From Octopus vulgaris (Eukaryota), in the NCBI GenBank assembly GCA_951406725.2, contig OX597821.1, positions 7,068,001 through 7,132,000 of the forward strand: DNA of 64,000 nt. Direction: 5' to 3'. Below the pieces are notes generated by a model, which was not told where the DNA came from, ran no database searches, and was given only the letters and a program-made list of their open reading frames with translations. The translations under genes and the position numbers were made by a program. This document shows, one piece after another, positions 1-13,322 of this stretch (positions are counted from its first letter, which is position 1; the number at the start of each line of letters is the position of its first letter).

Positions 1-104
1 ATACATATACATACATATACATATATATATATATATAGATATAGATATATATATATATATGCATGTATGTATGTATGTATGTATGTATGCATGTATGTAT
101 ACAA

Positions 105-265
105 CCGGCTTCCACACAGTTACTGTCGACCAAATTGACTCATAAGTCATTGCTCGGTGATCTGGAGCAGTATAGAAAACTCTAACCCAAAATAACACGT
201 AATGGGACTGAACCCAAAGCTATGTAGTCACAAGCGAGTGTCTTAACCACACAGCCACTTCTGGG
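105..265 (-). mobile_element. Degenerate tRNA-derived CORE-like SINE (family B)
   Basis: Reverse strand reads GTGGCTGTGTGGTTAAG...GGGTTCAGTCCCA (A/B-box-like) and matches better-preserved copies at 33795-34790 and 15780-15998. Other fragments lie near 1005-1110 (+), 13905-14035 (-), 17580-17740 (-) and 39255-39480 (-). Confidence 0.7.
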
Positions 266-2271
266 CCTACTAACATTTTTTTTTATCCTTTTCCTTTTCC
301 ACATTTTTTAAATGTTTACTTTTGTAAACTGTCATAATTTTTCCTTTTTTTTTTTTTCATTAAATAAAATAAAATATCGTCAGATTATTGTGGAACTGCC
401 ATTTTTTCAGACAAACTAACAATTATTTCTAATACTTTCTTCCACACTTGAATATATTAAACAAGCAACGCAAAGCAAATTAGAAAAAAAGATTCGAATA
501 GTTTCTTTTTTGTTTTTGTTTTTACTCTTTATCTTAAAATGTTTTATCGTATTTCTGTCTTTTTTTTTCTTGTAAAAAAAAACAAAAAAAAAAACGATTT
601 GATGTAAATAAACACATTAGATCCAATATTGAAGGAATTGATTCTGGCTCAGATTTTTTTTTTTTTGTTTTTGTTTACATTGTTAATGTTTTTTATTGAA
701 TTCTTAAAGTTTTAAAATTTGCAGTAACGGATATAATTGTCAGCTGTTGAGTTTATTAGAAAATCTGCGGAGTGTCTGTAAGGAAAAACAAACTCTCTTG
801 TGGACGAGGCCCTACATAGATGCCAGACCAGCTAGAAATAGCAACAAGATACACTCAACCGTCATAAAATAAAAACAGAAAAAAGTAAGAGACGTACCAT
901 CCGTACCATCCGAGAGAAAGACGAGGGGGATGCATGCTTAGAACATCTTTTTGCTTTTCCTTTTTCTTTTTTCTTGCAAGTGCAAGCGTGGCTCGTTTTA
1001 CAGCTACATGGATTCGGGTTCAATCCCACTGCGCGGCATCTTGGGCAGGTGTATTCTACTATATCCCCGGGTTGACCAGAACCTTGTTAGTAAAATTTAA
1101 AGTCCGGCGTGTGTGTGAATATATATATATATATATACTAGCATTAAAGACCCGTCGTTGCCGGGTCATAGTGCTAGTGCATGTATATATGTGTATATAT
1201 ATATATATATATGTGTACATATTACATGTACATCTATATATATATAGACATCTACACATAAAATACAAAATACAAAGTTATATCTTGATATCGCTAGTGA
1301 TAACAATACTCAAAATATATAACAGACTGGAAATGTTAGCCCGCCTCTTGCAATTTCGATCAATTGTATCTTGTCCTCCCTCTTGTATAGAAGTATGGCT
1401 ACAATCCAGCCTACATCTACTTCGGGGGGAGGGCATTTAAAATTTTTTCCGGGACGTCCTACGTCCCAGATATAAAGGTAAAAATAAAATATTTCCACTT
1501 TGCAAGTTCGAGTCGAGTACTCCCTTGCACGCTCCGTTGACTCGAACCTTGCTTCTATTGTGACGAATTTACCGCCTCTGATTAGATACCTTTCATAGTC
1601 ACACCAAGACACTTTTCGAAGGTGTGTTCAAATCTTCTTTTTTCTCTACATTGTATACTTTATAGACAATAGTCTTTTCTTTAATTTAATTTTTTATTAT
1701 CTATCTGGACTATTCCATTTCTGCACGCTAATTTTATTTTTAATTTATTCCCATTCATGTGAAACCACTTATTCAAGTTCAAGTCATTGATGCAATTTTA
1801 TACCAGTTGCTATTTCTACTTTTGTTATGTTACGATTATATTGTACTTTAGTTTGATTTTAATTATTACTTACTACATATAATTCAATTGTTATTATTAT
1901 TTTTTATTGTTAAAGTGAAAGTATCTGACATAAAATAGGGAAACGTTTCACTTTTAACAAATGATTTGAGCTCAAATACTGGCGATTCATTGGTTAAAAT
2001 TCGAAGAATTAAACTACGTTAAACTTACAAATTAATCAAAAAAAGCCAAGTGAAAATAATGTTTTCTTTTGACGCATTCTACCAGTATACGAAGTTTCAA
2101 ATTGTTTAGTTAACTAGAAATTGGGTTGAATTCTGTCTATCTAAAGGAAAAGATCCACAATTGTGTTGACATCTGCCGTTCAAAAGGAAAAGATCCGAGC
2201 GCGCCTACTGCCCCCACCTCCAGCTATGCTAGTGCACCTAGTACAATGTCCGAATATAGTAGATGCAATTA

Positions 2272-2470
2272 AGGCGGTGAACTAGCCGAACCGTTAGCAC
2301 ACTGGGCAAAATACTTTGCGACATTTCGTCCATCATTACGTTCCGAGTTCAAATCCCATCGAGGTCGATTTTACCTTTCATCCTTTCGGGGTCGATAAAA
2401 TAAGTACCAGCTGAGATATAATCGATTTACCCCCTCCCCCGAATTTGCTGGCCTCGTTCCAAAACTTAAA
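2272..2470 (+). mobile_element. tRNA-derived SINE family A
   Basis: AGGCGGTGAACTAGCCGAACCGTTAGCAC...GAGTTCAAATCCC...CCTTTCATCCTTTCGGGGTCGATAAAATAAGTACCAG. More than 20 homologous copies or fragments occur in the window, e.g. 3775-3900 +, 4290-4640 -, 8375-8790 -, 10590-10760 -, 13690-13895 -, 37295-37478 -, 39550-39759 - and 59049-59192 +. Confidence 0.85.
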
Positions 2471-3379
2471 AACAGTATAATAACTACAATTATTTTTAAA
2501 AAGCGTATCATGGTTAACCTGCAAATCATAATGGCCGTCTTTGAATTACACGACTTTTAGTATTGAAATTATTTCCATGATTTTCGATATAATTATAAGT
2601 GAACACGAAAATACCTATTAGAGATTGCAATAAATTATTTGGATAATATATATTTTCCTCTCTTCTCTGTAGGGTAAGTATATATATTATACAGATTTCT
2701 ATGCATGAATAACATTAAATGTTGACTCCACTCCTACGGTGTACTGAAATCTATAGATTTATAACCTGTATATTTGAAATACTTACATTAAAATATAATT
2801 AGAAAGTACAATTTACATACGAATATAAATACATAAAAACAACTTATTCTATTAATACTGTCCCTTCCAAAAATATAATCCTTTTTTAACATACGAGATC
2901 CGACAATTAAATGTGTTTCGTATTTATTTTCTTCATTTGTAACTATTATTTATATTAGAAATATACAGCAGGATATAACTAATGAAAACAGCTTATTCAT
3001 TTTCCCCAGTAATAATTTAAAAGTATTATTTACTTATCCTGTCTTTCATTTATCATCGTATCTATGATAACATGATTTGCAAACAATATATATTATACAG
3101 CAATGTGAACTATTACGTGTAAAATAACCGAAAATATTTGAATAAACTTAAATCGCTGTAAAGAAACTGAATAGTGGAAATCGTAATAGAGAGGGAAAAA
3201 AGTGTAAAGGAGCAATGTGGTTACTGCCACCACAACTGATACTATGTGTACCGACAACAATCAAACAAACAAACAATGGTCGACACCCATCACTAATAAA
3301 CCAGCCAATACTTCCGAATAGAATCATCAAACAAACGTCACCACCCGCCATTTTATCATCACCAACAAATAAACATCAA

Positions 3380-3600
3380 TACCACTTCCACCAACGCCGC
3401 CTACGCAGCCGCCACTGCCACCAGGACAACCACTACTACCACAACTACCACCACCACCACCACCACCACCACTACAGCGAGGACCCTCTCTACCACCGCC
3501 TCTGCTACCGCCTCCACGATCGCCGCCACAAGAACAACCACAACTATCACCACCACCACCATCACTACAACTACAACAACCACAACATTGCCACTACTAT
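3380..3600. repeat. Mixed trinucleotide microsatellite (CAC/CAA/CTA/CGC)
   Basis: Directly visible; explains the His-rich and Val-rich ORFs 3215..3736 and 3401..3583. Confidence 0.9.
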
Positions 3601-3655
3601 TTACCAGTCATGTCTTAGTTTTTCCTATCTCCTTTTGTTTTTCGTTAGCTTTCTT

Positions 3656-3697
<42 letters not shown>

Positions 3698-5284
3698 CCT
3701 CTCTCTCGTGTTTTTTTCTCTTTCCCTCTTATGTAAATGTTAATACTTGATCGATTCCATTATTTCTGTTTCAAAGGCGACAAACTCGCAGAATCGTTAG
3801 AACGTTGAACAAAATGCTTAGCAGTATTTCATCTGACTCATTAGTTTCCGAGTTCAAATTCTGCCGGCGTCAACGTTGACTTTCAATCCTCCGACCTTTC
3901 GGGTATATTTTCCTCTCCTCTCATATGCCGAAGAAGAGCCTGACAACTGTTTCCGAAACTTCGTTGCAACACCTATCCACCTGCAGATCAGGCTCGAACC
4001 GCAAGCACGTAAACAGAACCTAATTGCTTGCTGAAGCGTAGCTGAGTGTACCCTGCTCAGCGTAGCTCTTGAATTTGGCGCCCCCTGTGCCCCTGCTCTT
4101 TACAAAGGAGTCGCACGGAGCGGACAATCCCTATCTCCAGCTACAATGCTGGTTGTTAGTTGTACAAACGAATACTTTGGAGGTAAAGGTGGCTATGACA
4201 TAAAAAGATGTTGACAGGAAATACTGGCGAGATGAGTAATATGTGTGATTATATCGGTATTGATGATAATTACGACTTCAGGCTCAAGGCCAGGCTATAT
4301 TAGAAGTTACGGAGCCTACTACAACGGCCTGCGAGTTTAACTGGTACGTATTTTATCGACTTCGTAAAGATGAAATGTAAAGTCGAGCTCGATGGAATTT
4401 GAACTCATAACATAAAGAGCCGGAGAAAACGCCACTAACGTGCTAACGATTCTGCCAGTTCACCTGTGGTGGCAATGATTTTTTTCTGATTTTGACACAA
4501 GACCAGCTATTTTGAGGTACGGGGTAAGTCAATTACCTTCATCTCAGTATTGAATTGTCACTTATCTTATCTACTCCGAAAAGATGGACGGCAAAGTCGA
4601 CCTCGACAAAATTTGAACTCAGAACGTAAAGCCAGACAAAGTTTCTGTTGATGTTATGGGTATAAATCAATATCTCCCTAACTATCTATTTATCTCTATT
4701 AACTTTCACCGCCCTCACTGCCTCGGTCGACGTCTGCAAATCCTAACCTTCTTCTTAATCTTCACTTCACACTTTCGTGCTACTTACGTGTCTCTTACTT
4801 TTTTCTACTTTCTTTTTCTTTTCCTTTCCTGTCGATTTCTCTACTCCCCCACACAAACCGTCAGCTCCAATACATTTATTCAATGTCTTTCTTTGAACTG
4901 AGAGAACGCAGACGACCCGACAACGATGAACAACAAAGAACAACAACCAGACGTTTTCACCGGATAACTGTGACGTATTCACATTATCTGTAGACGTCAT
5001 TCAATAAAGCTATAAGAAATACACGAATTGGAGGGAGGGGATTTGTTGGTTTAGATGATGACAGAAAGAATGTTGTAATCCAGACAGGCACAATCAGATA
5101 ATTATTCACTTTGTGATTAAATTGATGAATAGTAAGACATTTACGTCACAATCTTGATGAGATCAATCAATGAGATTAGAAAGTTATAGAACGGAAGAGG
5201 AAGAAGACAATCAGATCGAATAAACTAAAATTGATAACGTCGCTCGACTGTCTGGTTTTGATGAAGGAATGCAAGGAAAATGTC

Positions 5285-5286
<2 letters not shown>

Positions 5287-5375
<89 letters not shown>

Positions 5376-5549
5376 AATGTGTATATACATGTATGCATAG
5401 TGTTTTATATATATATATATATATACACATACATATCTAAGTATGTATGTGTAAGTATATATATATATATATGTATGTATTTATACATATATATGTATGT
5501 ACGTATGTATGTTTGTGTATATATATATATATATATATACATATATATA

Positions 5550-5626
<77 letters not shown>

Positions 5627-5728
5627 GCCCCACCATGACCACAGCCTTAGGGCTGAAACCTAAAAAAATAAAAGTATATATATATAAAAGAATATATATA
5701 TATATATGTACATATGTGTGTGTATATG

Positions 5729-5793
<65 letters not shown>

Positions 5794-5855
5794 ATGTATA
5801 TATATACGTGTGTGTGTGTGTGCATCTATGTGTTTGTACGTACGTATGTGTGTAT
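5287..5855. repeat. Compound (TA)n/(TG)n microsatellite field
   Basis: Directly visible. Similar large fields lie at 29620-30120, 36255-36485, 38575-38815, 54620-55190, 55555-56130, 59895-60400 and 60930-61265, and account for the YI/CV-repeat ORFs. Confidence 0.95.
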
Positions 5856-6939
5856 GGGACGGCACGAATGTTAACAGTAAAAATACTAAAACTATAAAAA
5901 TAAGCAATAAAAAAAGATAAGAATAGTAATACTATTAATAATGATAAAAGCAGCAACAACAACAACAACAACGGCAAAAACAACAATGGTTTGTAATTAA
6001 GGCAAAGGGCCAGTAATTTAGGGGAAAACAGAAAAATTGAGGTGAAAATAACAAGAGACGAAATATAATAAAAGCGAAAATACGACCAAGAAATAGAAAT
6101 AAAAAGATCATAAAATCGATGTCAGAAGATATGAAAGGGGATAAAATCAGGAAAAGAAAGTAATGGGAACTAAAATAGCAATATTATTGATATTGATGTT
6201 GTCGATGATGATGATGATGATATAAAAGAAATTTATTTTTAGTGTCATCGTTATTATAGGCGGTATTTCCTATGGGTAAGACAGCATGGGTAAGGAGCTT
6301 GCATCCCTTTGTAAATGTATTGTTCTAAAAAAAAACAACATAATACCCTTCAGAGCTAGGTGAAACGAAATCGCTCCAGAAGTGATCACGAGAACGACAG
6401 ACTCGTATTTCACTGTAGATGCAGCTTCTCCATGTCACGTACGCGTTTCACTTCCGAAACTAAATCGAATCAGCAAGTCTGAAGTATATACAGAAAGTCA
6501 ACTACAAGCATACGTTAAGTATGTCATATTGATTTTTTTTTTTTACTATAGAGCTGTTTCTATTGCACAATTTGAATTTTATTTTCCTCATGCGGCTCCT
6601 TTGCAAACCACTGTACAATTTGCGCGTTATCTCTGTATATACTTTAAACAGATTCTATTTCGTCTTGGAAATGACACGAGCACGTGACATTGGGGAGTCG
6701 CGATAACTACAGCTTCTGGCTGTTGAACTACATGCATACGTTAAATATGTCGTATTGATAAAGATTTTACTCTAGAGCTGCTTAAATTGCTTAATTCGAA
6801 AAATACGAAAATGGCAATCCAAGCCTTTCAAACTTCACCTACTCCTCCATCCTTAAGCATTGTATTCTTTCCACTTTATGACTTGCCTTGGCTTCTGCTC
6901 TTCTTTTCTTTGTATCTTTGTTTATGCATCGAATGTTAG

Positions 6940-8160
6940 TGACACGCAACAAAATTCACTACTCCAAGGCTGATATTGATCATCTGTACCAGTAGAGAAG
7001 CAAGGGCAGCAGAAGAATGATATACTTGAGCTGTGGTTTAGTACTCTATGTACCTAAACAACAACAATAGCCTTGTTAAAGTACTTAGAATTTACAAAAG
7101 ATTGGAGTTGCAATCCGTTCTAGGGGATGGAAACAAACAAAATGCTTCACTAAATTAGCAAAAGAATGTAGAAAATGCAGCAGGGAAGTCAAGATGAGTA
7201 TGGAAGTGAGCAACATAGGAAAACAGGAGTCACGAAAGGTAAAAAGGTTGAGCAGCCAAGGAAACGCAAGATGAAGACTAATTAGAAGACCAGAGAGGAT
7301 AAAACCTGTGCATGGGGAGTACGGAAAGCAAAGCAAAGATGAAGTAGACCAAAAAATAAACCATCAGTAGCAGGATTTAGGATTAAAGCAGAGCCAAAAA
7401 GATTCATTCTAACAACACAAAAGAAATCTTTGCTTAACAGAAACTTAAAGGCGGCGAGATGGCAGAAGCGTTCGCATGTCGGGCGAAATGCTTAGCGGTA
7501 TTTCGTCTTCCGCTACGAAATTCCGCCAAGGTCGACTTTGTCTTTCATCCTTTCCGGGTCGATTAAATAAGTACCAGTCACGCACTGGGGTCGATATAAT
7601 CGACTTAATACGTTTGTCTGTCCTTGTTTGTCCTATTTCATCTGCCGTTACGTTCTGAGTTCAAATTCCACCGAGGTCGACTTTGCCTTTCATCCTTTCG
7701 GGGTCGATAAATTAAGTACCAGTTACGCACTGGGGTCTCGATGTAATCGACTTAATCCCTTTGTCCTTGTTTGTCCCTTCTATGCTTAGCCCCATGTGGG
7801 CAATAAAGAATTAAGTATTGAATACAAAGCAAAGATGACTCAGACTGAACCGCTCAAGGAAACAGATCGGATATCATCAAGAAAGACAGCGAATATAAAA
7901 CTGCTAATCGATTAATATGGGTATTCCATAAGATAAAAGCATATCAGTAAAAGGATTTGAAAAACTAAGCAAATAAAAAAAATTAGAAATGGGGACTGAA
8001 AAGATGTGGAATCCTAAATCGAAAACAGTCCCATTCATCATAGAGTCGAAGACATGATACGAAAACGAAGTGAGAAACATCTAAACGAAAACTGGTAATA
8101 AACAGCAATGTACACAACCTACGAAGAGCTTTCACAATCTAAATAGGAATTACAGTAGAC
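6940..8160 (+). pseudogene. Highly decayed R4/Dong-type LINE 3' part, interrupted by a SINE
   Basis: Residual motifs DIDHLY..RSKGSRR (cf. D.DRLY..R..GGRGL), PVHGEY, LKAEP..FI..Q.KSL..RN and NRSDII are collinear with the better copy at 9553-10588. Confidence 0.6.
7449..7812 (+). mobile_element. SINE family A, internally duplicated, with L1/Tx1-like tail
   Basis: Head AGGCGGCGAGATGGCAGAAGCG; the body restarts at TATTTCATCTGCCGTTACG (about 7635); tail TTGTCCTTGTTTGTCCCTTCTATGCTTAGCCCCATGTGGGCAATAAAGAA. Confidence 0.85.
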
Positions 8161-8789
8161 ATATAAATTAATGTATCATATCTCGAAGATGAGCCTTCCT
8201 ACGGTCCATGCATGTTCAACTCTAAGATATATTTAGAAAACACACATTTCCGATAAATAATGTACTTTTGCGGCAACTCCTCATCCATTTAATTTCCTTC
8301 GTCCCAGAACACAGATAATAAACCCGACTAAGTGACTGTACAAAACCCGCGGAGAAAAGGGAATTACTATAATAACATTTTGGCACGAGGCCAGCAATTT
8401 TTAAGGAAGGATGTAAGTAGATTACATCGACCCCACTTATTTTGTAACCCCGAAAGAATGAAAAGCAATGTGGACCACGATGGAATTTCAATCCAGAAAG
8501 AAAAGACGGACGAAATGTTGCTAAATATTTTGTCCGGCGTGATTCTGCTTGGCCCCTGATTTATACTAATAATAGTCCTTTCTATTATAGGCACAAGGTA
8601 TGAATTGTTGGGGCGGGGGGTACTAGTCAATCACATCGACGTTAACGCTGAACTGGTGCTTAATTTATCGGCCCCAAAAGGATTAAATGCAAAGTCGACT
8701 CGGCAGGATTAGAACTCAGAACGTAAAGACAGACGAACTGCTGCAAAGCATTTTGTCCGTCGTGCTAACGATTCTGCCAGCTCGCCGCC

Positions 8790-8869
<80 letters not shown>

Positions 8870-8897
8870 AAGAAGAAGAAGAAGAAGAAGAAGAAGA

Positions 8898-9450
8898 AAT
8901 GCCCTGATGCAATACCAGGCAGTGGTTTTCATGGCTTCTGATCTTAACTGATTGGAGGTATTATTATGTATATGTTTTGTTTTAGTAAAATAGATGGGCG
9001 ACAGCAATTATTCTGCTCAATACCACAGATTTGCTTGTCAGTTGCTTGACTTTAGCCAGATGAGCATGTCCCTTGGCGGCTGACGATATATGCATCTCTG
9101 ATCACGAGCAGAAGTAGTGGGGGAGCATCATAGCCATGTGCTGAGGTATATTCTTTGGGGGTTGAATAATTCACCTCTGGAAACATGGGTGTTTCGTCCA
9201 ACATCCTTAAACAACACTTATTTGGGAACCTTTTGAGCGGGATGGGTTACTCGACCAGAAGAAAATCCTAACTGGGCCCCAATTGCAAGGTCATGCGCTG
9301 TTTATCTTGATGTGAAATCATCATGTCGCGTACATATGGTTGTGATGCATGTGCTTGATTTACCCTTATCATACGGGTAGTCGTGATGGGTATATTGGGA
9401 TCGTATGTTTGTATCTTAATGTCACTTTGATGACTGTGCTGCTCTCTCAC
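8898..9450 (-). mobile_element. About 520-bp non-coding interspersed repeat (non-autonomous retroposon-like), copy 1
   Basis: Closely similar to 11884-12370. Both start AATGCCCTGATGCA on the + strand directly after an (AAT)n or (AAG)n tract, consistent with a minus-strand element ending in a trinucleotide tail. Confidence 0.75.
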
Positions 9451-9458
9451 TCAGTAAT

Positions 9459-9493
<35 letters not shown>

Positions 9494-9497
9494 CTAC

Positions 9498-9541
<44 letters not shown>

Positions 9542-9552
9542 TAATAATAAGG

Positions 9553-10588
9553 AAGCTGACAAATACAAACAAGAAATCATACCACCTAATAAACACAAAG
9601 AAGAAGAAGAAGAAGATGAAGAAACAACAAAAGCTATAAAACAAATGAAATCCAAACTAAAAATAGAACAGCAACGAGCCATGATAAAACGATGGCAAGA
9701 AAAGCCCCTTCATGGTAAATACTGCACTAAACTAAACGCAAAAGAAATAGACAAAGAAAAATCCCAGCAATGGTTGAGAAGCTCAGGACTCAAAGCAGAA
9801 ACAGAGGGATTTTTAATTGCAGCACAAGACCAAAGCCTCCCCACCAGAAATTACCAAAAACATGTAATGAAAAGAAATATTACAAGTAACTGCAGAATAT
9901 GTGGAGATGGACAAGAAACAATAAATCATATTATCTCTAGCTGCCCAGTCCTGGCTAAGAAGGAATATATTCACAGAGTTGGAACCTACATGACAGAGTT
10001 GGAACCTACATACATTGGAAGCTATGCCAACATTATGGAATAACAACAGAAAAAAGATGGTATAGGCACACACCAGAAAAGGTCACAGAAAACGAGAAAG
10101 CAACCATACTCTGGGATATGCCGATACACACAGATAGAGAAATTAAGGCCAACAGACCAGATATAGTTGTCAGAGATCATGAAGAAAAAAAATGCTTTCT
10201 AATTGATGTATCAATACCGGCAGATGACAACATGTCTCTAAAAGAAATGGAGAAACTCTCAAAATACAAAGACCTGGAAATAGAGGTAACTAGAATGTGG
10301 AACCTGAAAACAGAAACAATTCCTATCATAGTAGGTGCATTAGGCATGATAAAAAAATATTCAGACAAATACATAACAAAAACACCAGGACTTACAAACA
10401 CATATAACATACAGAAAATTGCACTACTAGGCACTGCACACATCCTACGCAGAACACTTTCCATACAATAACCATCAGAGCATCACAACAAATCACAGCA
10501 CATACCCAAGGCACACAGAGCTGCGCTCGGTAGTGAAGTGAAAGCACGCTATAAAAATAAAACTACTGAATAATAATAATAATAATAA
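9553..10588 (+). mobile_element. 5'-truncated R4/Dong-clade non-LTR retrotransposon (CCHC finger plus restriction-like endonuclease)
   Basis: ORF 9645..10043 has WQEKPLHGKY, LKAETEGFLIAAQDQSLPTRNY and CRIC-x8-H-x4-C. ORF 10118..10471 has RPDIV...LIDV...KEMEKLSKYKDL...PIIVGALG (PD-(D/E)xK endonuclease). A frameshift comes from a duplication of ACAGAGTTGGAACCTACAT (9973-10011). (AAT)n lies on both sides, the known Dong target type. Confidence 0.9.
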
Positions 10589-10764
10589 CAGTGGTTTCAA
10601 ATTTTTGCCACAAGGGCAGCAAATTTGGGAGAGGGGATGATTCGATTACATCGACCCCAATGTTCAACTGGTACTTATTTTAAGCGACCCCGAAAGAATG
10701 AAAGGCAAATTCGACCTCGGCGAAATTTGAACTCAGAACGTAGCGACAGACGAAATACTTAAAA

Positions 10765-11700
10765 CTCTATGGCAAAGAAAATAAAGAGCTTGAAGGCCTA
10801 TTACGTACTGTGAAAGTATTCAGTGATGATATCGGGATGGAATTTGGTCTTGATAAATGTACTAAGGCTACTTTCCAGAAAGAGAAATTGAAAACCTCAC
10901 GTTCAGTGGTGTTAGATGTTGACACAGTTATAAGAGAACTTGAGCGGGAACAAACTTACAAATACCTCGGAATAAATGAGGGCTCTGGCATTCAGCATGC
11001 ATGCATGGAAGAATCGGAGAGGAATATTACAGGTAAGTTCGAGCAGTCTCGAAATTTTAGTTAAATGCACGTAACAAGGTGTTAGTCTTAAATTCCTTAG
11101 TAGTTCCAGTTTGTTAGTTATCGTTTCAATGTGTGGAACCGGAATATCAACGAAATAAAGAAAATTGACAGGAAAATCCATAAGCTGCTGATTTATAATA
11201 AGATGCACCACCCAAAGGCAGACGAAGATCGTCTTTACCTTCCCAGAGCCCAAAGAGGTCGCGGCTTGATCAAATTTGAAGCTTCATTCCGTCTTGAAGA
11301 AGAGCAAAAAATTTGCATAATACCCAGGTTGAACAGTATGATAGAAGTGCGGCAACTGTTGTGGCAAAGGTAAAACGCTTGAGCTGATAAGTAGGAGCAA
11401 AATCCTCTGCATAGCAAATATGTGGCCTGTAGCAAACAAGCTGATGTAAATCTGAAACACACCCACCAGAGAGCGAGTGTTTATTGACCCGTAACTACCA
11501 AGCCAATGTAATGAAAAATGGAGTAGACCCAAAGTGCCGATACTGAAACGGTGAGATTGAAACAGTGGACCACCTAATTTCTCGGTGTAAAGTTTTAGCA
11601 CCTATAGAGTACAAGTCAAGACATGACAGAGTTGGCCAATACCTACACCGGTTAATATGTGAGGGATTATAAAATCGAAACTGCTGACAAAGTCATGTGG
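10765..11700 (+). pseudogene. Decayed R4/Dong-type LINE fragment (RT C-terminus to zinc knuckle)
   Basis: FSDDIGMEFGLDKC, YKYLGINE, KIDRKIHKLL..KMHHPKADEDRLYLPRAQRGRGL and ETVDHLIS motifs, with stops and frameshifts. Confidence 0.85.
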
Positions 11701-11849
11701 TTTGCTCTAGCACGTGACTTTGAAAATGAACAATCTGCGCATTAATTTTAATAATCTACCAATGTATACGGTGAGTTCCTTTGCCCTATGTGTTGGGAAT
11801 ACACTCGGCAAGAAATGGAAAAAATTGAAACAAGTGGATAATGATAATA

Positions 11850-11883
<34 letters not shown>

Positions 11884-11885
<2 letters not shown>

Positions 11886-12370
11886 GCCCTGATGCAGTAC
11901 CAGGCAGTGGCTCTCATGGCTTCTGATCTTAACTGATTGGAAGTATTATCATGCATATTGTTTTGTCTTGGTATAAAAGATGGGTTACAGAAAATATTCT
12001 GCTCAATACCACAGATTTGTTTGTCAGTTGTTTGACCTTAACCAGTTGAGCATGTCCCTTAGTGGCTGACGATATGTGCATCTCTGATCACGAGCAGAAG
12101 TAGTGGGGGAGCATCATAGCCATGTGTTGAGGTATATTCTTTGGGGTTTGGATAATTCACCTCTGGAAACATAGGAGTTTCGTTCAACATCCTTAAACCC
12201 CTTTTGGGCGGGATGGGTTACTCAACCTGAAAAAAATTCTAACTGGGCTCCACCTGCAAGGTCATATCTAGATATGAGTTCACCATGTCGCGACAGTATA
12301 GTTGTGATGCATGTACCTGGTGTACTCTTATCAGACGGGTAGTCATGATTGATATACTGGGCTTCGTATA
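11884..12370 (-). mobile_element. About 520-bp non-coding interspersed repeat, copy 2
   Basis: Homologous to 8898-9450 and preceded on the + strand by (AAT)n at 11855-11883. Confidence 0.75.
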
Positions 12371-12762
12371 TACGAAAGTATATTTGTTCAGCTGATACTT
12401 ATTTTATCGACCTCGAAAGAGTGAAAAGCAAAATCGACCTCGACAGCATTTGAACTCACTCATATCATTATAACGATATCATTATAACGGAATCTCTCCA
12501 ATTCATGAATTAATTACCCCGAATGTAAAGTCAAACATAAATGGCTCTCTGACACAATAGTCGTGTTAAGTTTTGTTTTTTCTTCTCGTAAACAGCAGTG
12601 GACATCTAAATATAAAGAGATTAACAAGATAAAGGTCTCTTTCTGATAATTGCCGAGATTAATCCGGTCTCAGATGCCAACTACATCACACAATCTCTGC
12701 TTTTCCAGTAATCTTTACTACACACATACGCGTGCGCTCTCGCACACACATACACAAAGACA

Positions 12763-12807
<45 letters not shown>

Positions 12808-12810
12808 TAT

Positions 12811-12880
<70 letters not shown>

Positions 12881-13034
12881 ATTAGGTTCACATGAGCATA
12901 GACATAACAATCTAAGTTCACCTTAGATATTTAATGGCTGAGTGCACCAACGACCCAACAGTTTATCGGTGCTGTGTCAATATGTCGATGTCAATTAAGT
13001 CAACATCCTGAATGGTCCTCAAATACATTATATC

Positions 13035-13322
13035 ACGTGATCATGTGATCGACCAGACTATCGAATGCTGTTATACATCGCTGGTCACAATGCGCTTTAC
13101 ATCGTTTTAGCTTTCCGAATGATGCCATCCTGCTGGCTAGGTGAGCAGGACACCATTCCTTCTCATCAGAAGGTTAGTCTGTCATAGGGTCAACCATTTA
13201 CAGCTGAGTGGACTCAAGCAATGTGAAATGAAGTGTTTTGCTCAAGAACACAATGTGCCGCTTGACCGGGAATCGAACCTATGATCTGGCGATCGTGCGT
13301 ACAACACCCCAACCACTAGGCC
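13035..13322 (-). mobile_element. tRNA-headed CORE-like SINE
   Basis: Reverse strand: GGCCTAGTGGTTGGGGTGTTG...GGTTCGATTCCCGG (A/B boxes), then TCTTGAGCAAAACACTTCATTTCACATTG (CORE-like); ends in ...ATCACATGATCACGTGAT. Confidence 0.7.

Noticed and set aside
1310-1612. 100-aa ORF with faint similarity to DNA-transposase C-termini
   Set aside because: The similarity is too weak to support by eye; it needs a profile search.
6500-6800. Diverged direct repeat of about 70 bp (6500-6575 and 6727-6800)
   Set aside because: Real but short and degenerate, with no termini or other features to classify.
9075-9140. CTGACGA in the 520-bp repeat (also at 12066)
   Set aside because: No GAAA and no compatible cleavage triplet or helix I.
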